A DNA stretch of 64,000 nucleotides from Octopus bimaculoides (Eukaryota). Numbering within the stretch: the first letter of the stretch is position 1; each line of letters starts with the position of its first letter. The translations under genes and the position numbers were made by a program. The notes beneath the pieces were generated by a model. That model did no database searches. It was not told the origin of the DNA and was given only the letters and a program-made list of their open reading frames with translations. Location: assembly GCF_001194135.2 (NCBI RefSeq), contig NC_068985.1, forward strand, positions 3,007,185 through 3,071,184. The letters run 5' to 3'. Of the stretch, positions 48,609 to 61,395 are shown piece by piece.

Positions 48609-49085
48609 GCCTTTGCACAGCTTCTAACGCTGGAGATGTATTACACTGTCAGCTGTTCACTACCAGTGAACTAAGGTAACACCTCTTATTTTTTGAGCAC
48701 CTTCCGGAGTATTCGAGCAGTTCCAAGCAGTGCTGTTTTCTGCAAGTGCTCCACCCTTATTGCAGCCCCTATTTGTTCCACGTACTTCTTGAGATTTTTG
48801 CTCACTGTTCCCAGGGCTCCGACAATTATTGGTACTACTGCTACCTTAGAAATATAATATTTCGAAATCTCTCAAAGAGATTTAAGCAGTAGTGGAGCGA
48901 CAAAGTTGTATATTGTCAACTTAATGTGACAATCCCAATAAGGGAATACACTACTGCTGTTTAGCCCTAGGAAGCTGGACCGCTTCCTGTCGGCCTTGAC
49001 ACAATTACTGTGTCCTTAAGTTTGCTACCTTTTTCATCAACCACAACTGCTTAACTTCCCAAGCTAACCTGTCATATCTCTTGAC
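48580..49085 (-). mobile_element. 5'-truncated R4/Dong-like LINE interrupted by the structured repeat
   Basis: Minus RYDRLAWEVKQLWLMKKVA | VVPIIVGALGTVSKNLKKYVEQIGAAIRVEHLQKTALLGTARILRKVLKK*; (TTA)n at both ends. Confidence 0.9.
48848..49022 (+). mobile_element. Structured dispersed repeat, copy C, with 9-bp TSD
   Basis: TGCTACCTT duplicated at 48839-47 and 49023-31. Stems AAATCTCT/AGAGATTT, AGCAGTAGTG/CACTACTGCT, TTGTCA/TGACAA, TCCC/GGGA, AGGAAGC/GCTTCCT, GACACA/TGTGTC. Confidence 0.85.
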
Positions 49086-50091
49086 TTATCATTATTATTA
49101 TTATTATTATTATCAACTAGCTACAAGGATTTGAAAAAGAAATAACTATAGTTCTAACTTTTTCGACTAATAACAAAATTGTGTGCATGTTTGAGTGGAT
49201 GTGTGTGCATGTTTGAGTGGATGTGTGTGCACATTTGTGTCTTTGTGCATACACGACATATTTGCACACATGAAGTGTAATTGTTAGGAAGTTTCTAAAT
49301 GAAACTTACCAATAATTATACTAAAAATACTAAAAATTGAAATAACCTCTGACAGCAGCAGTAGCAGCAACAACACCAACACTGCCATCGCAAGAATTAA
49401 GGCATCATTAATAACTCCTACGACATCAACAATAGTTGTTATTTCGTAGTCGTTATAAAACCAAACATGCCAACAGAAATTAGTGCTGACGCAAAGAAAC
49501 CAATAAAGCTAAAAATATTGACATGGCTGTCATACTCTTCACTAAAGTAGAGAAAAACTTAATAAGCCTGAGCAAACAGATGGGGGATACAGCTCTTTAC
49601 AATTAGCTGCCCAGCGTTCTTAAGCATTATTAATTCAGTTGAAATGTCCAGAAAGAGCTGCAGAGAACTAATTAAGGAAAGTATGAAAGAAAGAGACTGT
49701 CTTTGGTGACTATCATCAAATATAAGTGTTGAAATTCATGAGAGTAACAGTGACAAGCGATTGATAACAGTATCTGAACAGCACAGTCATGGTAGTCTTT
49801 GTCAGTGGTAGTAGCAGTGGCAGTAGTGGCACTAGAATTGATTGTGGTGGTGGTGGTGGTGGTGGTGGTAGGACTGCTGAACTGGTGGTAGTTAGTGAAG
49901 GAAGTGGTCATTATTTTCTTTTTAGCTGAGACATAGTCACAGACAATTACCTGCAATAGCCTTACCAGCTGGAAGGTATACTACGTTGTATAGTAATTAG
50001 GAGAAAAAAATTTTAAGCACATGGAACAAGAAGTGTATAATAGGTAAAAAAACAAAAATTTTCAAAGTATATATGAATACCTAACTCTTCT

Positions 50092-50131
<40 letters not shown>

Positions 50132-50614
50132 CACAGACACACACATTCACATACCGACTGTCAGCACAAACAACTTAGACCACATAAAGTGATATTTCCT
50201 CACCAACCACACAACCATAACTGTCTTCTGGTATTGCAACTACAATGGCCTCTGCTCCTCTAAATCAGCTTTCTCTACACCTGTTATGTCTCAATTTCCT
50301 GCTCCTTGGCTGCATATTTTCCTTATTATTCGCATCAACAAGAGGAAGAGACAAGGAAGATACATAATAAAATTCTTACTTTATCATTTAATCCCAGCAA
50401 TATTATTACAAAGAAACACAAGTGCAAGTTTGATGCATTGAAAACTAGTCAAATCCTGAAGACATGTGGGAGTATTCAATAATAATTGTGTGTGTGTGTG
50501 TGTGTGTGTGTATGCACATGTGTGTGTGTGTGTGCACATGTGTGTAAGTATGCGTGTGTAACAGATGCATTAGTAGTTTTGTTTTCCATCCCAAAAGTTC
50601 TAAAGCTCAAGTTT

Positions 50615-51015
50615 TAAGGCATGGCTGTGTAGTAAGAACTTTGCTCCCCAGCCACATGGTTCCGGGTTCAGTCCCAACGCATGGCACCTTGGGCAAGTGT
50701 CTTCTACCATAGCTTCAGTGGATTTGATAGACAGAAACTGAAAGAAGCCCATCATGCGTGTGTGTGTGTGTGTGTGTNNNNNNNNNNNNNNNNNNNNNNN
50801 NNNNNNNNNNNNNNNNNGTGTGCGCGCGCATGTGTGTATATGTGTCCCCCTCACCACCACAACTTAGTGGTTTTGCAAACAAGACCAATAGAATAAGTGC
50901 CAGGGTTAAATGAAAATAAGGACAGGGGTTGATTTGTTCAACCAAAATTCTTTAAGGTGGTGCCCCAGCATGGCTGCAGTCTGATGAATGAAACAAGTAA
51001 AAGATAAAAGGTATT
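50615..51015 (+). mobile_element. Family-3 SINE spanning an assembly gap
   Basis: Head GGCATGGCTGTGTAGTAAG...GGTTCCGGGTTCAGTCCC; tail CCCCAGCATGGCTGCAGTC...GAAACAAGTAAAAG. Confidence 0.85.
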
Positions 51016-52129
51016 ACCCAACTAACAAATGGATGTCATGTTTATATAATTTATCATGAACAGAAAAAAGAGGACTCAAGCAACATACAGCTCCAAAGAT
51101 ATTTTACATCTTCATCAGCAACAGCCTGACCCCAAATGACTCCTAGTAAGTTGTATTTATGAGGTATTACTGCTAAACATATGATTAAACAGGTAATCTA
51201 ATTTGAATGTTTGTTGAAATTTTAGGATTAGGTTAACTCAAAAGATCACAGCTATCGTATTTGCCAGTGAACAGCACACACTGTCACATAAGATTCCCCA
51301 AGTATATTTTGTGGAGGAAAAAACATATTTAGTATGTTTCGTCATACACTTATCAAATGATTTTGTTGGGGGCAGGGTATGATTCTGCAAGATTGTGACA
51401 GTATACCAAAATAAAGATCAAAGTATGAAAGAATAATTGCATTTTTGTATTTTAATACTAAGGGAAGTAACTCTGAGTGAGTTTTTGCGATAGCGTTCAT
51501 GTTTCATCGCAACCATGACGATCAACATCATTTCTTTTTTCAAATTGCAAGTTAGAAACCTGAGTCAATGGAGAGAAGCCCCAACTAGATGAAATCTCCA
51601 AGCAGTTTCAAAGTACAAGTCCCTGATATCCAGGCAGCTAAAAAGTGTCAGCAGAAGGGCACTCAGCAGTGATGAGCTGGGTGCAAGCCAGCCCTGTTAG
51701 GGTGTCAGAGGTTAAGGGCCAAAACACTTGCTCAAGGTGGAGTTATTCTCTGAAGACCTTCTGCAGTTCAGATCAACTGTATCGTTGTAATAATTTGATC
51801 AAGAAAATTACCATACATGAAGTAAAAAACTCATATTTTTGGCTATGATGTTTTGTGTAAATGCAGTCAGCCACCAGGGTGGCACACCACCACCACCATA
51901 GATTAGATGCCATGCACTCATGGCAGATAGCAGACAGGCAGATGAAAACTTAACAGACTTATCTTTCTAAGAGGATTTTTCATTTAGACAATTAAAAAAT
52001 GTTTCTTTTAAATAATGTAAGACACACATCCCGTATGGGTTATATATGCAGGGGAAGGAGGTACTGAGTGACGATGTGACTTCTTCACATAACTACCAAC
52101 TACTCTAAGAAATTTCTCTTCAGTTGGTC

Positions 52130-52490
52130 ATCTTTCATGTTTTACTTGTTTCTGTCAATAGACAGTGGACATGCTAGGGCACCACCTTGAAGAATTTTAG
52201 TCAGACGAATCAAACACAGTACCTATTTCATTAAGCCTGGTATTTATTCTATTGGTTCCTTTTGCTGAACCACTAAGCTATAAGTGTGTAAATATACCAA
52301 CATGATAGTCAAGTGGTTGTGGGGACAAACACAGACAATGAGACACACACATAGATATACATAGACACATATACAATGAGTTTCTTTCGAATCTAAGGTC
52401 ATTGCCCAAGGTATCACGCAGTGGGGCTAAACCTAAAACCAAGTGGTTGGGGAGCAAACTTTTTTACCATACAGCCACACCTGTGCCTTG
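52130..52490 (-). mobile_element. Family-3 SINE
   Basis: Inverted tail TTTTACTTGTTTC and head CACAGCCACACC. Confidence 0.75.
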
Positions 52491-52589
52491 TTTTTAATAG
52501 TTTACTATTACTAACAGTTATGTGCCTTGAGGGCTTATCCATCTCCCTGCAATACTTGACGTCATGCCTATAATGCAGCTGCATCCGAT

Positions 52590-53850
52590 GGTAAGGCAAT
52601 TTTTTTAGCATGTTGATGTGTGCTGTATTCAAGAAGTAAGGTGGAGGAGTGCTTCAGCTAAGTTCCTCAAAGGCAAAAAAACATAAGTATAAAATCATTT
52701 GGGAAGGCAACAGTGATGGGGTAGGTGACATAGGCATACTCCCAGATGAGAAATTGATGGATAAGGTGATTGAGGTAGCCAGAGTGTGGGATAGGATACT
52801 TAAGCTTAGATTAGTTTTGCAAAATAGTACAGCAACAACTATCTCTGCCTATCCCCCACAATTGAGTCTGTCAAATGAAGAAAAGGACCGTTCTTAAGAT
52901 ATTCTTTTGAAGGCAACCTCAAAGACAAATGACAGTGACCTTCTCTTTATAGCTGGTGACTTCAATGGACATGATGGGCAGCATCCAGGTGGTCCTGCAG
53001 TGTGCATGGTGGCCATGGAGTTACCTCTCGTAATGAGGAGGGAACAAGGCTTCTGGAGATCTGTGATGCAAATAACCTGCAGCACAACTTCTGATGGCCA
53101 TATTAACTACATTCTCATCAGAAAGTGAAATACAGGGTCACTCAAAAATGCAAAGACCTTCCCTAGTGATGAATATACCCCTCAGCATAGATTAGCCATG
53201 GGCAACTACAGACTATAGTTTATCAGGTTGTCCATCCATGAGCAAGTCATACCTAATGACTTGTGTAGTAGTAGCATAATCTACAGCTACAAAGATAAAG
53301 GTGACGCCTTAGACAAATAATTACAGAAATATCAAATTGTTGGACAAGATGATGAAAGTTACAGAGAGGGCCATAGCTCAACTAATTAGGAAGAGATTTA
53401 ATCTAGATGAGATGCAGTTTGGTTTTGTGCCAAGGAGAAGCATCACTGATACTATATTCCGAGAAAGGCAGCTGCAGGAGAAGTGCTTAAATAAAAATAA
53501 ACCTCTGTACTTGGCTTTTGTTGATACAGAGAATGCTCTTGACAGGGTCCTCCATTCTCTTATTTAGTAGTCAATGTGGAATCTAGGGATAGCTGAGTGG
53601 CTGGTGAGAGCTATACAAGCCATGTACAGTAAGGTGAAAGTCAGCAACAAGTACAGCAATGAATTCAGTGTACAGGTAGGAATTCACCAAGGATTGGTTC
53701 TCATCCCCCTTTTGCTCATCATAATCCTCCAGGCTATGACAGAGGAATTTAAGATAAGCTGCCCGAGAGTTCCTCTATGCTAATGACCTTGTTGTTCTTC
53801 AACCGGAATTATTACTAGAACTGGAGAAGAAATTTTGGGTGTGGAAACAA
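52590..53850 (+). pseudogene. Internally deleted RTE LINE: AP endonuclease joined to part of the RT
   Basis: HVDVCCIQEVRW, IAGDFNGH and INYIL (APE); then DEMQFGFVPRRSITDTIF..QLQEK..KPLYLAFVD, VGIHQG.VL.PLL and LLY.ND (RT). The linker region is missing between about 53220 and 53270. Confidence 0.9.
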
Positions 53851-54557
53851 GGTGTCACACAGTGGGACTGAACACAGACCATGTGGTTAGGAATCAAACA
53901 TTTTGCCACACAGCCACTCGACATTTTCGTGTATGTCTAAGTCTTAGATCTGCTGTGATAACTACATTGCTGATGATGGCTATAGTTGTAGAACCATCCT
54001 CATGTCTCCAGACAATCTGTTTGCCTTTAATGTTCTGCCAATTTTGGACAATTCCTGATCCCCGACATTATCTCTCCTCTCATTGGTGTTGGTCACAACT
54101 GCTATGAGGCATTTGTTTTCTCTTGAAGGGAAAACAATGGTAATAAATCAAAAATATATCTTGCAGACATTCATGCCATTGGCCATGCCGAGTTACTACT
54201 ACTAAGCATATTTCTTTAAATTATGCAAATTATCCAGGTCAAATATGTTTTCTTCCCATATCTATTTGCACATATATATAGATGTCCATGTATATACATT
54301 TTTATGTGCTTATGTGTATAGATATCAATATATAGATATGTACACACACAAATAAATGTCTTCTACTGTTTGGCATAAGTCTAAGCAACTCATTCAGCTG
54401 GAGATGAAGTGTGACAACTGCTGTTCTAATGGCACCTATTGAGTCAGCAACATGTTCCATGATGGAACAGTAACTTCAAATCAAAGGTATGGCATGACCT
54501 TTATCTAAGCTAGAAATTAAGAATTTTGTTTCAACGTTTATATATTTACACATGTAC

Positions 54558-54592
<35 letters not shown>

Positions 54593-55700
54593 CTAAGTTC
54601 TGAAAAAGACTGATGGATTTTCTCAATCATACATTGTCTCAGTCCATTTGACAACTATTTCACAAGTGCAGTGAGTGCATTTAACAGTGGCACAGGTTCT
54701 AGTGAGGGGTTTCCTTCTACCCTGTAAGGCTGAAGAGTACTCACAACACTATGCAGCAGAATGAAATCTTGGTCGTTCATGAATTAAGGGGTCTATGTTC
54801 ATTGAACTCAGTCTATTATTTAACAATCAACTACACAAAGTAGGTCAGCTAATTATAATAACAGTCTGTGTGTCTGGCATCCATCCATCCATCCATCCAT
54901 ACCTCCCTCACCCACCCCACACACAAAAATCTCATTATGCATATAGGTTTGTAGTTGAATGTACATATGCATATACACTGCAGTGTGTTTGAGGAGGAGT
55001 GCACATGCACATGTACACATTCATGGGAAGTGCTAACTCTTAGACACTAGAGGTACCTCTAATGATTGTCCTCATGTAACATACTCTCATAGAGTTGAAT
55101 CTCCTCTAAACAATACTAACCTCTCAAGGTAAACTTGGTAGTGTAAACTAATGAACCACTAGTCAGTTTTAGGGCTGCTTCAGCTAACAGTAGAGAGTGG
55201 CCCCTATCATCCCTATTCTGTCATATCTAAATTCAGCGAGATGTGCTAGACTATTTCACAGTGAAGTGTTTCAGCCACTTTGCTAATTTAAACACATACC
55301 CTGTTCACATCCAATGTATTCCAAATCAGTTTCCACAACCGATTGAACTAGTTTTCTTTATTGTCTATGATTCCTATCATCCCTATTCTGTTTATTGTGC
55401 TCTTTATCTTTATTGATTTTATAAGGAATAAATCATTTCTTTTTTCATAAAATGGTTTCATTATCACTTGTTGCAGATAACAAAAAATGTGTATTGCATT
55501 ATACGCCCTTAGGCCCATATCAATATAGATGTACTCGTGTATACAATGCCGCATACACAACTATATATGTATGCATGCATACAAACTTATACATCTCCAT
55601 ACATATATACTTCCATGAAAATAGCTTACTGCTGTGATACACAGATGCATAAACACATGCCTTTGTACATGTGCACACACATAAACACATGCTCGCTCTC

Positions 55701-55732
<32 letters not shown>

Positions 55733-56699
55733 ACATACACACACATTAAAATACACACAAATGTCAGTCCAAAACTGAGTTGGTTTAAGATTTGGGAATA
55801 ACAATGCATAATGATGCATCCTTACCACGAATCAAGAATGACACAAGATGAGACATGTTCTTAACTCATCTCAAAAGTCTGTCACATTATTGTTGTTGTT
55901 TCTTTTAGTTTGTCAAAGAAAAGTGTTAAATTTATTGGCAATTGTAGATATCACCTTAAAGTATGAAAAGGCCATTCTTTTTTCCCTATCTAGCATTTCA
56001 TTGTAGAAATTGAAAAGTTCTTGCAAAATTTTGACAATTTTCAATTTCCATTGTGAAATAGTTTTTGTTTCTCAATAGATATCTCAGCACAAAGATCAGC
56101 ATTCAGTATAATTTATGTTTGTCAATGTTTTATTTTGTCCAAACACATTTTGTTTATAGAGTTTATCCTCATTCTTTACACAACAATAAATTCACTGCCT
56201 ATCAACTTTGGGTTTCTTTTTTATGATGGAGACTTGCTTTTGTAAAAACAGAGTATGTACGCTTACTTGTTTTGGCATATGCACCTCAAGTGATAAGGGG
56301 ATTATAAAGCCATTCATAACATTTGGAATTTTGTAGGTTTCACATGGCACCTGATGTGTATAATTGATCATCCATTTGTTTATATCATTAAAAATAATTG
56401 ATAGATTCTCAGAAAATTCTAGTAGAATATGTGGCTGTGATCATTCTTAATTCACAGCATTATGTGTTCTACAGAACAGTTGGTGTCTATTACGCTACCA
56501 GCTTTGATGAGTTGCCAATAAGTTAAAATTCGAAGATTTACAATAGGTTGTAAAAAAAAAAAAAATATGTCATGTTAACCAACATTAATGCATAAATGAA
56601 CAATGTCACAATGGATTGAGCTGTTGCTGTTTAGCCCCGGGTCAAACATGATTCAGCAGATCTATAGTTGAATGGAATATCACTGAGAGAGAGAGAGTG

Positions 56700-56960
56700 G
56701 GGTGGGGTGGGGAACGAACAATGAATTGCAAAGAATGGTGGGAATAAAGCCACTGATAGTTGGTATGAAAAGCAATCAGATGAAATCAGTGGGTCATGTG
56801 CTGAGGAAGAAGGTAAATGGCTGGGTAAAAGGAGAGTGGGAGGTGAATATAGAAGGAAGTAAAGTAAGGGGGGGGGAGGGATCTGAAAGACATGGATTGA
56901 AAAGGTGGAGGATGAAATGAGAACAAGGAGGCTGGTGATATGGTGTAGACAATAAACTGG
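56700..56960 (+). pseudogene. Old RTE-like LINE C-terminal remnant
   Basis: NNELQRMVGIKP...SVGHVLRKKVNGWVKGEWEVNIEGSKVRG (compare NEELR..VG....WFGHVLR....WV.....VEG.R.RGR). Confidence 0.5.
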
Positions 56961-57734
56961 AGAAAAGGGATATGAGACATGCAAGGTTAACTCCAGCTTC
57001 AGCAGGGGAAATAGTCGTAAAGTGTTTTAGGGTTGCATGTTGCTATTGCTGGTTTTTTGGGCTCTCAATCAGATTCATATTTGTAGTGTTTCCTGGCACT
57101 TCTAGGACATTACTATCTGTTTATTTATAATCCTTTGGCTATTTATGGTGGTAGAGTGGCATGCATGTCTCTCGTGAAGCATTTTCTCCATTGACGAGAC
57201 CAAAGTTTCAAATAAAATGTCAAGTTATTTAGTATTTTTTCAATTATTTCATTAGCAAGAACAAGGTCTCCACTTTGTTGTTTCTCAACCAGCTCTACAG
57301 CATGAGGTGTTCCAATGTTTGATAAGGGATGACCAAATCAGAATCTTCATTACATTTCTGCTTAAATCACTTTTCCAGCAAGAAATGCAGATTTTAAGAA
57401 AAATATCATTTCTGAAAACAGAAACAAAATCTTATTTAATATCATTTCTACTTCCATCTAATCTAGGAATAAAACATCTGAAACTAATTTTGTTCTCAAA
57501 TGCTGAAATAATTGTTTTTACACCTTTCAATACAGTAGAAACAATCTCAGTTGCATGATGGGTATATTATGTAAATGATTAGTGACCTTTCTAGAAGTAT
57601 CTGGAGATTTTTAGAGAAAAGAAACTGTTTCTTTTTTTTTTTTTGCAAAGTATCTGAAGATACAAGATACAGTTGAGCAGTTGGCATAAATTTTTGAAGT
57701 TTTTTTTTTTCTTACATTTACATCATATAATGTT

Positions 57735-57920
57735 GGTGCCACATAAAAGGCAATGGTGCTGCATAAAAAGAAACCCAGTACATTTTGTAAGGTGGTTGGA
57801 ATTAGGAAGGGCATCCAGCTTTAGAAACCATGTCAAAACAGACAAACAAGCCTGGTGTGACACCCATTCTTACCACTTTCTGTCAAACTCTCCAACACAT
57901 GCCAGCATGGAAACAAATGT
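57735..57920 (+). mobile_element. RTE 3' UTR fragment
   Basis: GTGCCACATAAAA, TTAGGAAGGGCATCCAGC and CATGCCAGCATGGAAA. Confidence 0.7.
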
Positions 57921-59124
57921 GCCCCCAAGCAAAGAAGTAGGATCGCCCAAGACATATAAATAGAGGTAGTTTGGCCATGGTAGGAGTGTTGAGTAGCTGT
58001 TGAGTAGCACTCGAGTAGTGGTTGAGTAGAGATCATCCGAAGGTGCTAGATAGCAGTAGCTTGAGACATAACAAAATGTATGATGATGATGATGATCTAC
58101 ATAGGAATTTATTTGAACACTTTTATTAATCTGCAATATTCCAAAATATAGAATAATGAGTTAAAGTTTCCCAGAAACATTTAACACTCTCAAATATCTT
58201 TTATCCATTTCTTTTATCTTTTTTTTTTTTTTTCTTATTCTGCTAAAGTTATATGCTTCAACAAATGTGTAGGATAAAAATAGTGTATGGTATTTATCCA
58301 ACCTTGATTGCACAGACTCAACTTTGTCACACTTGCCATAAGAAATACAAAGAACCAATGATTGTCACATTTGAAAGCTTTAATCAATGATGCTATTGTT
58401 TACAAAATGCCAGATATAAAATAAGCTTATATTCAGATTATAAGCTCTCTCACAAAGCTTTACTGCAACCAAGTTTCTAAATTGCTTTCATAATTTGGTA
58501 TAGAAAAATATGCTGCTAACTGAAAGGTTACAAAGTTTAAATTTCTCTTCATTTTTATGTGGAATGCATTATTTTTCAGAAATGATACCAGATATAATAT
58601 AATGGAATTTTAGTTCCACTTTTTTTAGTTCTATATTGATAAAAGACATCTAGTCAGAAAAATCAATTAAAATTAATTCCAACCAGCTCCAAGAAAAAAA
58701 GAATTCGGTATGTACAGCTTTTTCAAGAGTTGCAGTACTAAATATAGTTTATTTAATGATGAGTCTTGCTTCTCAACTATACGGATCCAGGTTCAGTCCC
58801 ACTGTGTGGCATCTCTGGCCAGTGTCTTCTACTATATCCTTTGTCACTTCCATTACAACTGGCTTATGCTTATTGTCCAATCCCCATATACTGCATTAAT
58901 ATTTCTCACACTTTCCATTGCATCGTTGCCTTTATTGAACTTATAAAGCAAAATATGCCAAATATGCTCCTTTGTCACTCCCATTACAACTATGTAAAAA
59001 TAACTATTAAAATCGAACTGCACTTTTCAAAATTTGCACTAAGAATAAGTACAAGTTAAAATTACTACCAGCTTTTATAGCAAGTTGATGCAGGTAGTTC
59101 ATCCCGTCCCTTTCCGACTTAGTT

Positions 59125-59790
59125 CATCATCATCATCATCATTGTTTAACATCCGTTTTCCATGCTGGCATGGGTTGCACAGTTCGACTGAGGTCTGGAA
59201 AGCCAGCAGCTGCACCAGGCTCCAATCTGATCTGGATGCCCTTCCTAACGCTACCCACTCCGAGAGTGTAGTGAGTGCTTTTTATGTGCTACCAGTAAAG
59301 GAGCCAGTCAGGCAGGCCTGGCATTGAACATGTTCGGATAGTGCTTTTTACATGCCACCGGCATGGGGGCCAGTCAGGGGCTACTGGCATTGGCCATGTT
59401 CAGTTGGTGCTTTTTACGTCCACCGGTACAAGAGCTAGTCAGGGGGTGCTGGCATCGGCCATGTTCGGTTGGTGCTTTTTATGTGCCACCAGCATGGGAG
59501 CCAAAAACCACATCATTTACGGGTTGACCCAATATGGATTCATGTTTGGAAGTCTATATATATATGCATCTTTGTGTTTGTGCTTGTACCCCACCACTGC
59601 TTGACACCTGGTGTTGGTGTGTTTACATTCTCATAACTTAGTGGATTGGCAAAAAGAGACCAACAAAATAAGTACCAGGCTTTAAAAAAAAAAGTACTGG
59701 AGTAGACTTATTTGACTAAACCTTTCAAGATGGTGCCCCAGCATGGCCACAGTCTAATGACTGTAACATCTAAAAGGAAAGACAAAAGAT
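59125..59790. mobile_element. RTE 3' UTR fragment (minus, about 4 internal units) abutting a family-3 SINE 3' half (plus)
   Basis: (CAT)n, TTTAACATCCG and repeated GTGCTTTTTA.GTGCCACC units to about 59490; then CACTGCTTGAC...AAGTACCAGGCT...CCCCAGCATGGCCACAGTC. Confidence 0.75.
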
Positions 59791-60521
59791 TACAACTGTT
59801 TTAACGTTACTGCAATAACTCCTATTATAAAATACACTTAAGGATATTTCATCTGCTTGTTTACATACTTAAAACATGGTGTTAGTATGACTGGTGCCAT
59901 CATAACACCTTAACCCCACTTCACATAATATTTTGTGACAATTAAATAAGGATATATCCAGATGAGATAACTCTTGCAAAGATAAATCAATAAGAGAAAC
60001 TCTACGCATGATGATGGAGCTTATATTGATCATATGATGTTAGAATTTCCAAATTTCCAAATTTCCAAATCACACCCTACTATTTTTAGAAAATGCACCA
60101 TATGTAAAAATGAAGAAAATCACCATGACGAGGGAGCCTCTGAGAATGGCCCTGCTGTATTAGGGCTGACCTGGCATGCAACAACAATTCATGTCAGAAG
60201 AAAGTTTGTTGACAGCCAATCATAAAATACCTCTTGACTGTACTTCCCATATAAAACTTTATTTTAGTGTGTGTGTGTGTGTGTGTATGGCTGTTATGAA
60301 AATTTCTCACATTGCCCAATTGGAAAACATTAATATTGGTATAAATAACTTTTGGCACATAAATTTAGTATATAAAATGTAGCCTGAGTGATTTTCCCTT
60401 TGCAGTTCTTAGAAAAAAATATAACACATCCACAAGTTATGATGATGCATTCAAACTCTTCTCTTAAGATATTGAAATACTGAGAGGGAAAAATGTTTCA
60501 ATTTTACCTTAGCTCTCTCTT

Positions 60522-60565
<44 letters not shown>

Positions 60566-61395
60566 ATTAGCATGTCTGACATTAGCAGCAGTGAAAATCA
60601 GACTAAAGATGACAAAAAAATTTCCATATAAGTAATGGGGCAATCAAAACCATGCTGTGAACATCAAGTTTACAGAACCAATGCCAGGATACACACAAAA
60701 CCTGAAAAGGCAGAGATGGATCTTTTTTTTTTTAATTATACTTTTCCCAATAAATATTTATAAAATTATGGCTGAGAAGCCCAATAAATATACAAGAAGA
60801 TATATAGCTCATCACCTTAACAGAAGATGATGTCATAGAAATGATGATGAGAGGAAAGCCTTTCCTATGTCGATTGTTTCCAGTTAGATCACGTAGATAA
60901 TTTCCCAGTATTTACAAGAAGTGAATTTTTTATAAGAATTAAAATTTCATATAATTTATAGACATTTTATATTTCACTAATTATTTATTTTCCTTGTAAT
61001 TTTTCTAAAATGTTCATGCTGTGGAAACAAAAAAAGACAAACATTGTTATACAGATTTACAGCTAAGTAGTTCAATGCGTTCTTGCCATACTGCACCTTG
61101 GGTAAGCATCTTCTGCCATAGCTTTGGGGTGACCACAATGCCTAAGTGTGAGATTTGTTATATATAGAACGCTTGTGTATGTGCGTACATGAAAACACAC
61201 ACACACACACACACACAACAGCTTTGGTGTGCAAAGATATAGAATAAAGAACTGGCATCAGGAAGGTCATCCACAAATAGAAAACAACTACAAGAAGTTT
61301 AATCCCATATCAGAATGGAATATGTGAACATAAAGACATGGTGGTGATTATGACAATAATTAATTTAAAGCTTACAAAATTATTTTAGAAACATT

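Noticed and set aside
49405-49475. Imperfect hairpin with CpGs (TACGA/TCGTA, CAAC/GTTG), possible pre-miRNA
   Set aside because: The paired core is about 46 nt with large internal loops; too short and unstable.
8870-53980. Other CTGATGA heptamers (about 8873, 26590, 33640, 37414, 50985, 53968)
   Set aside because: None is followed by a paired stem II plus GAAA and NUH, so they are not hammerheads.
57988-58029. Four 11-bp-period GTTGAGTAG units; also the 62422 and 55203 repeats as CRISPR-like arrays
   Set aside because: Animal DNA, no unique equal-length spacers and no cas genes; ordinary short tandem repeats.
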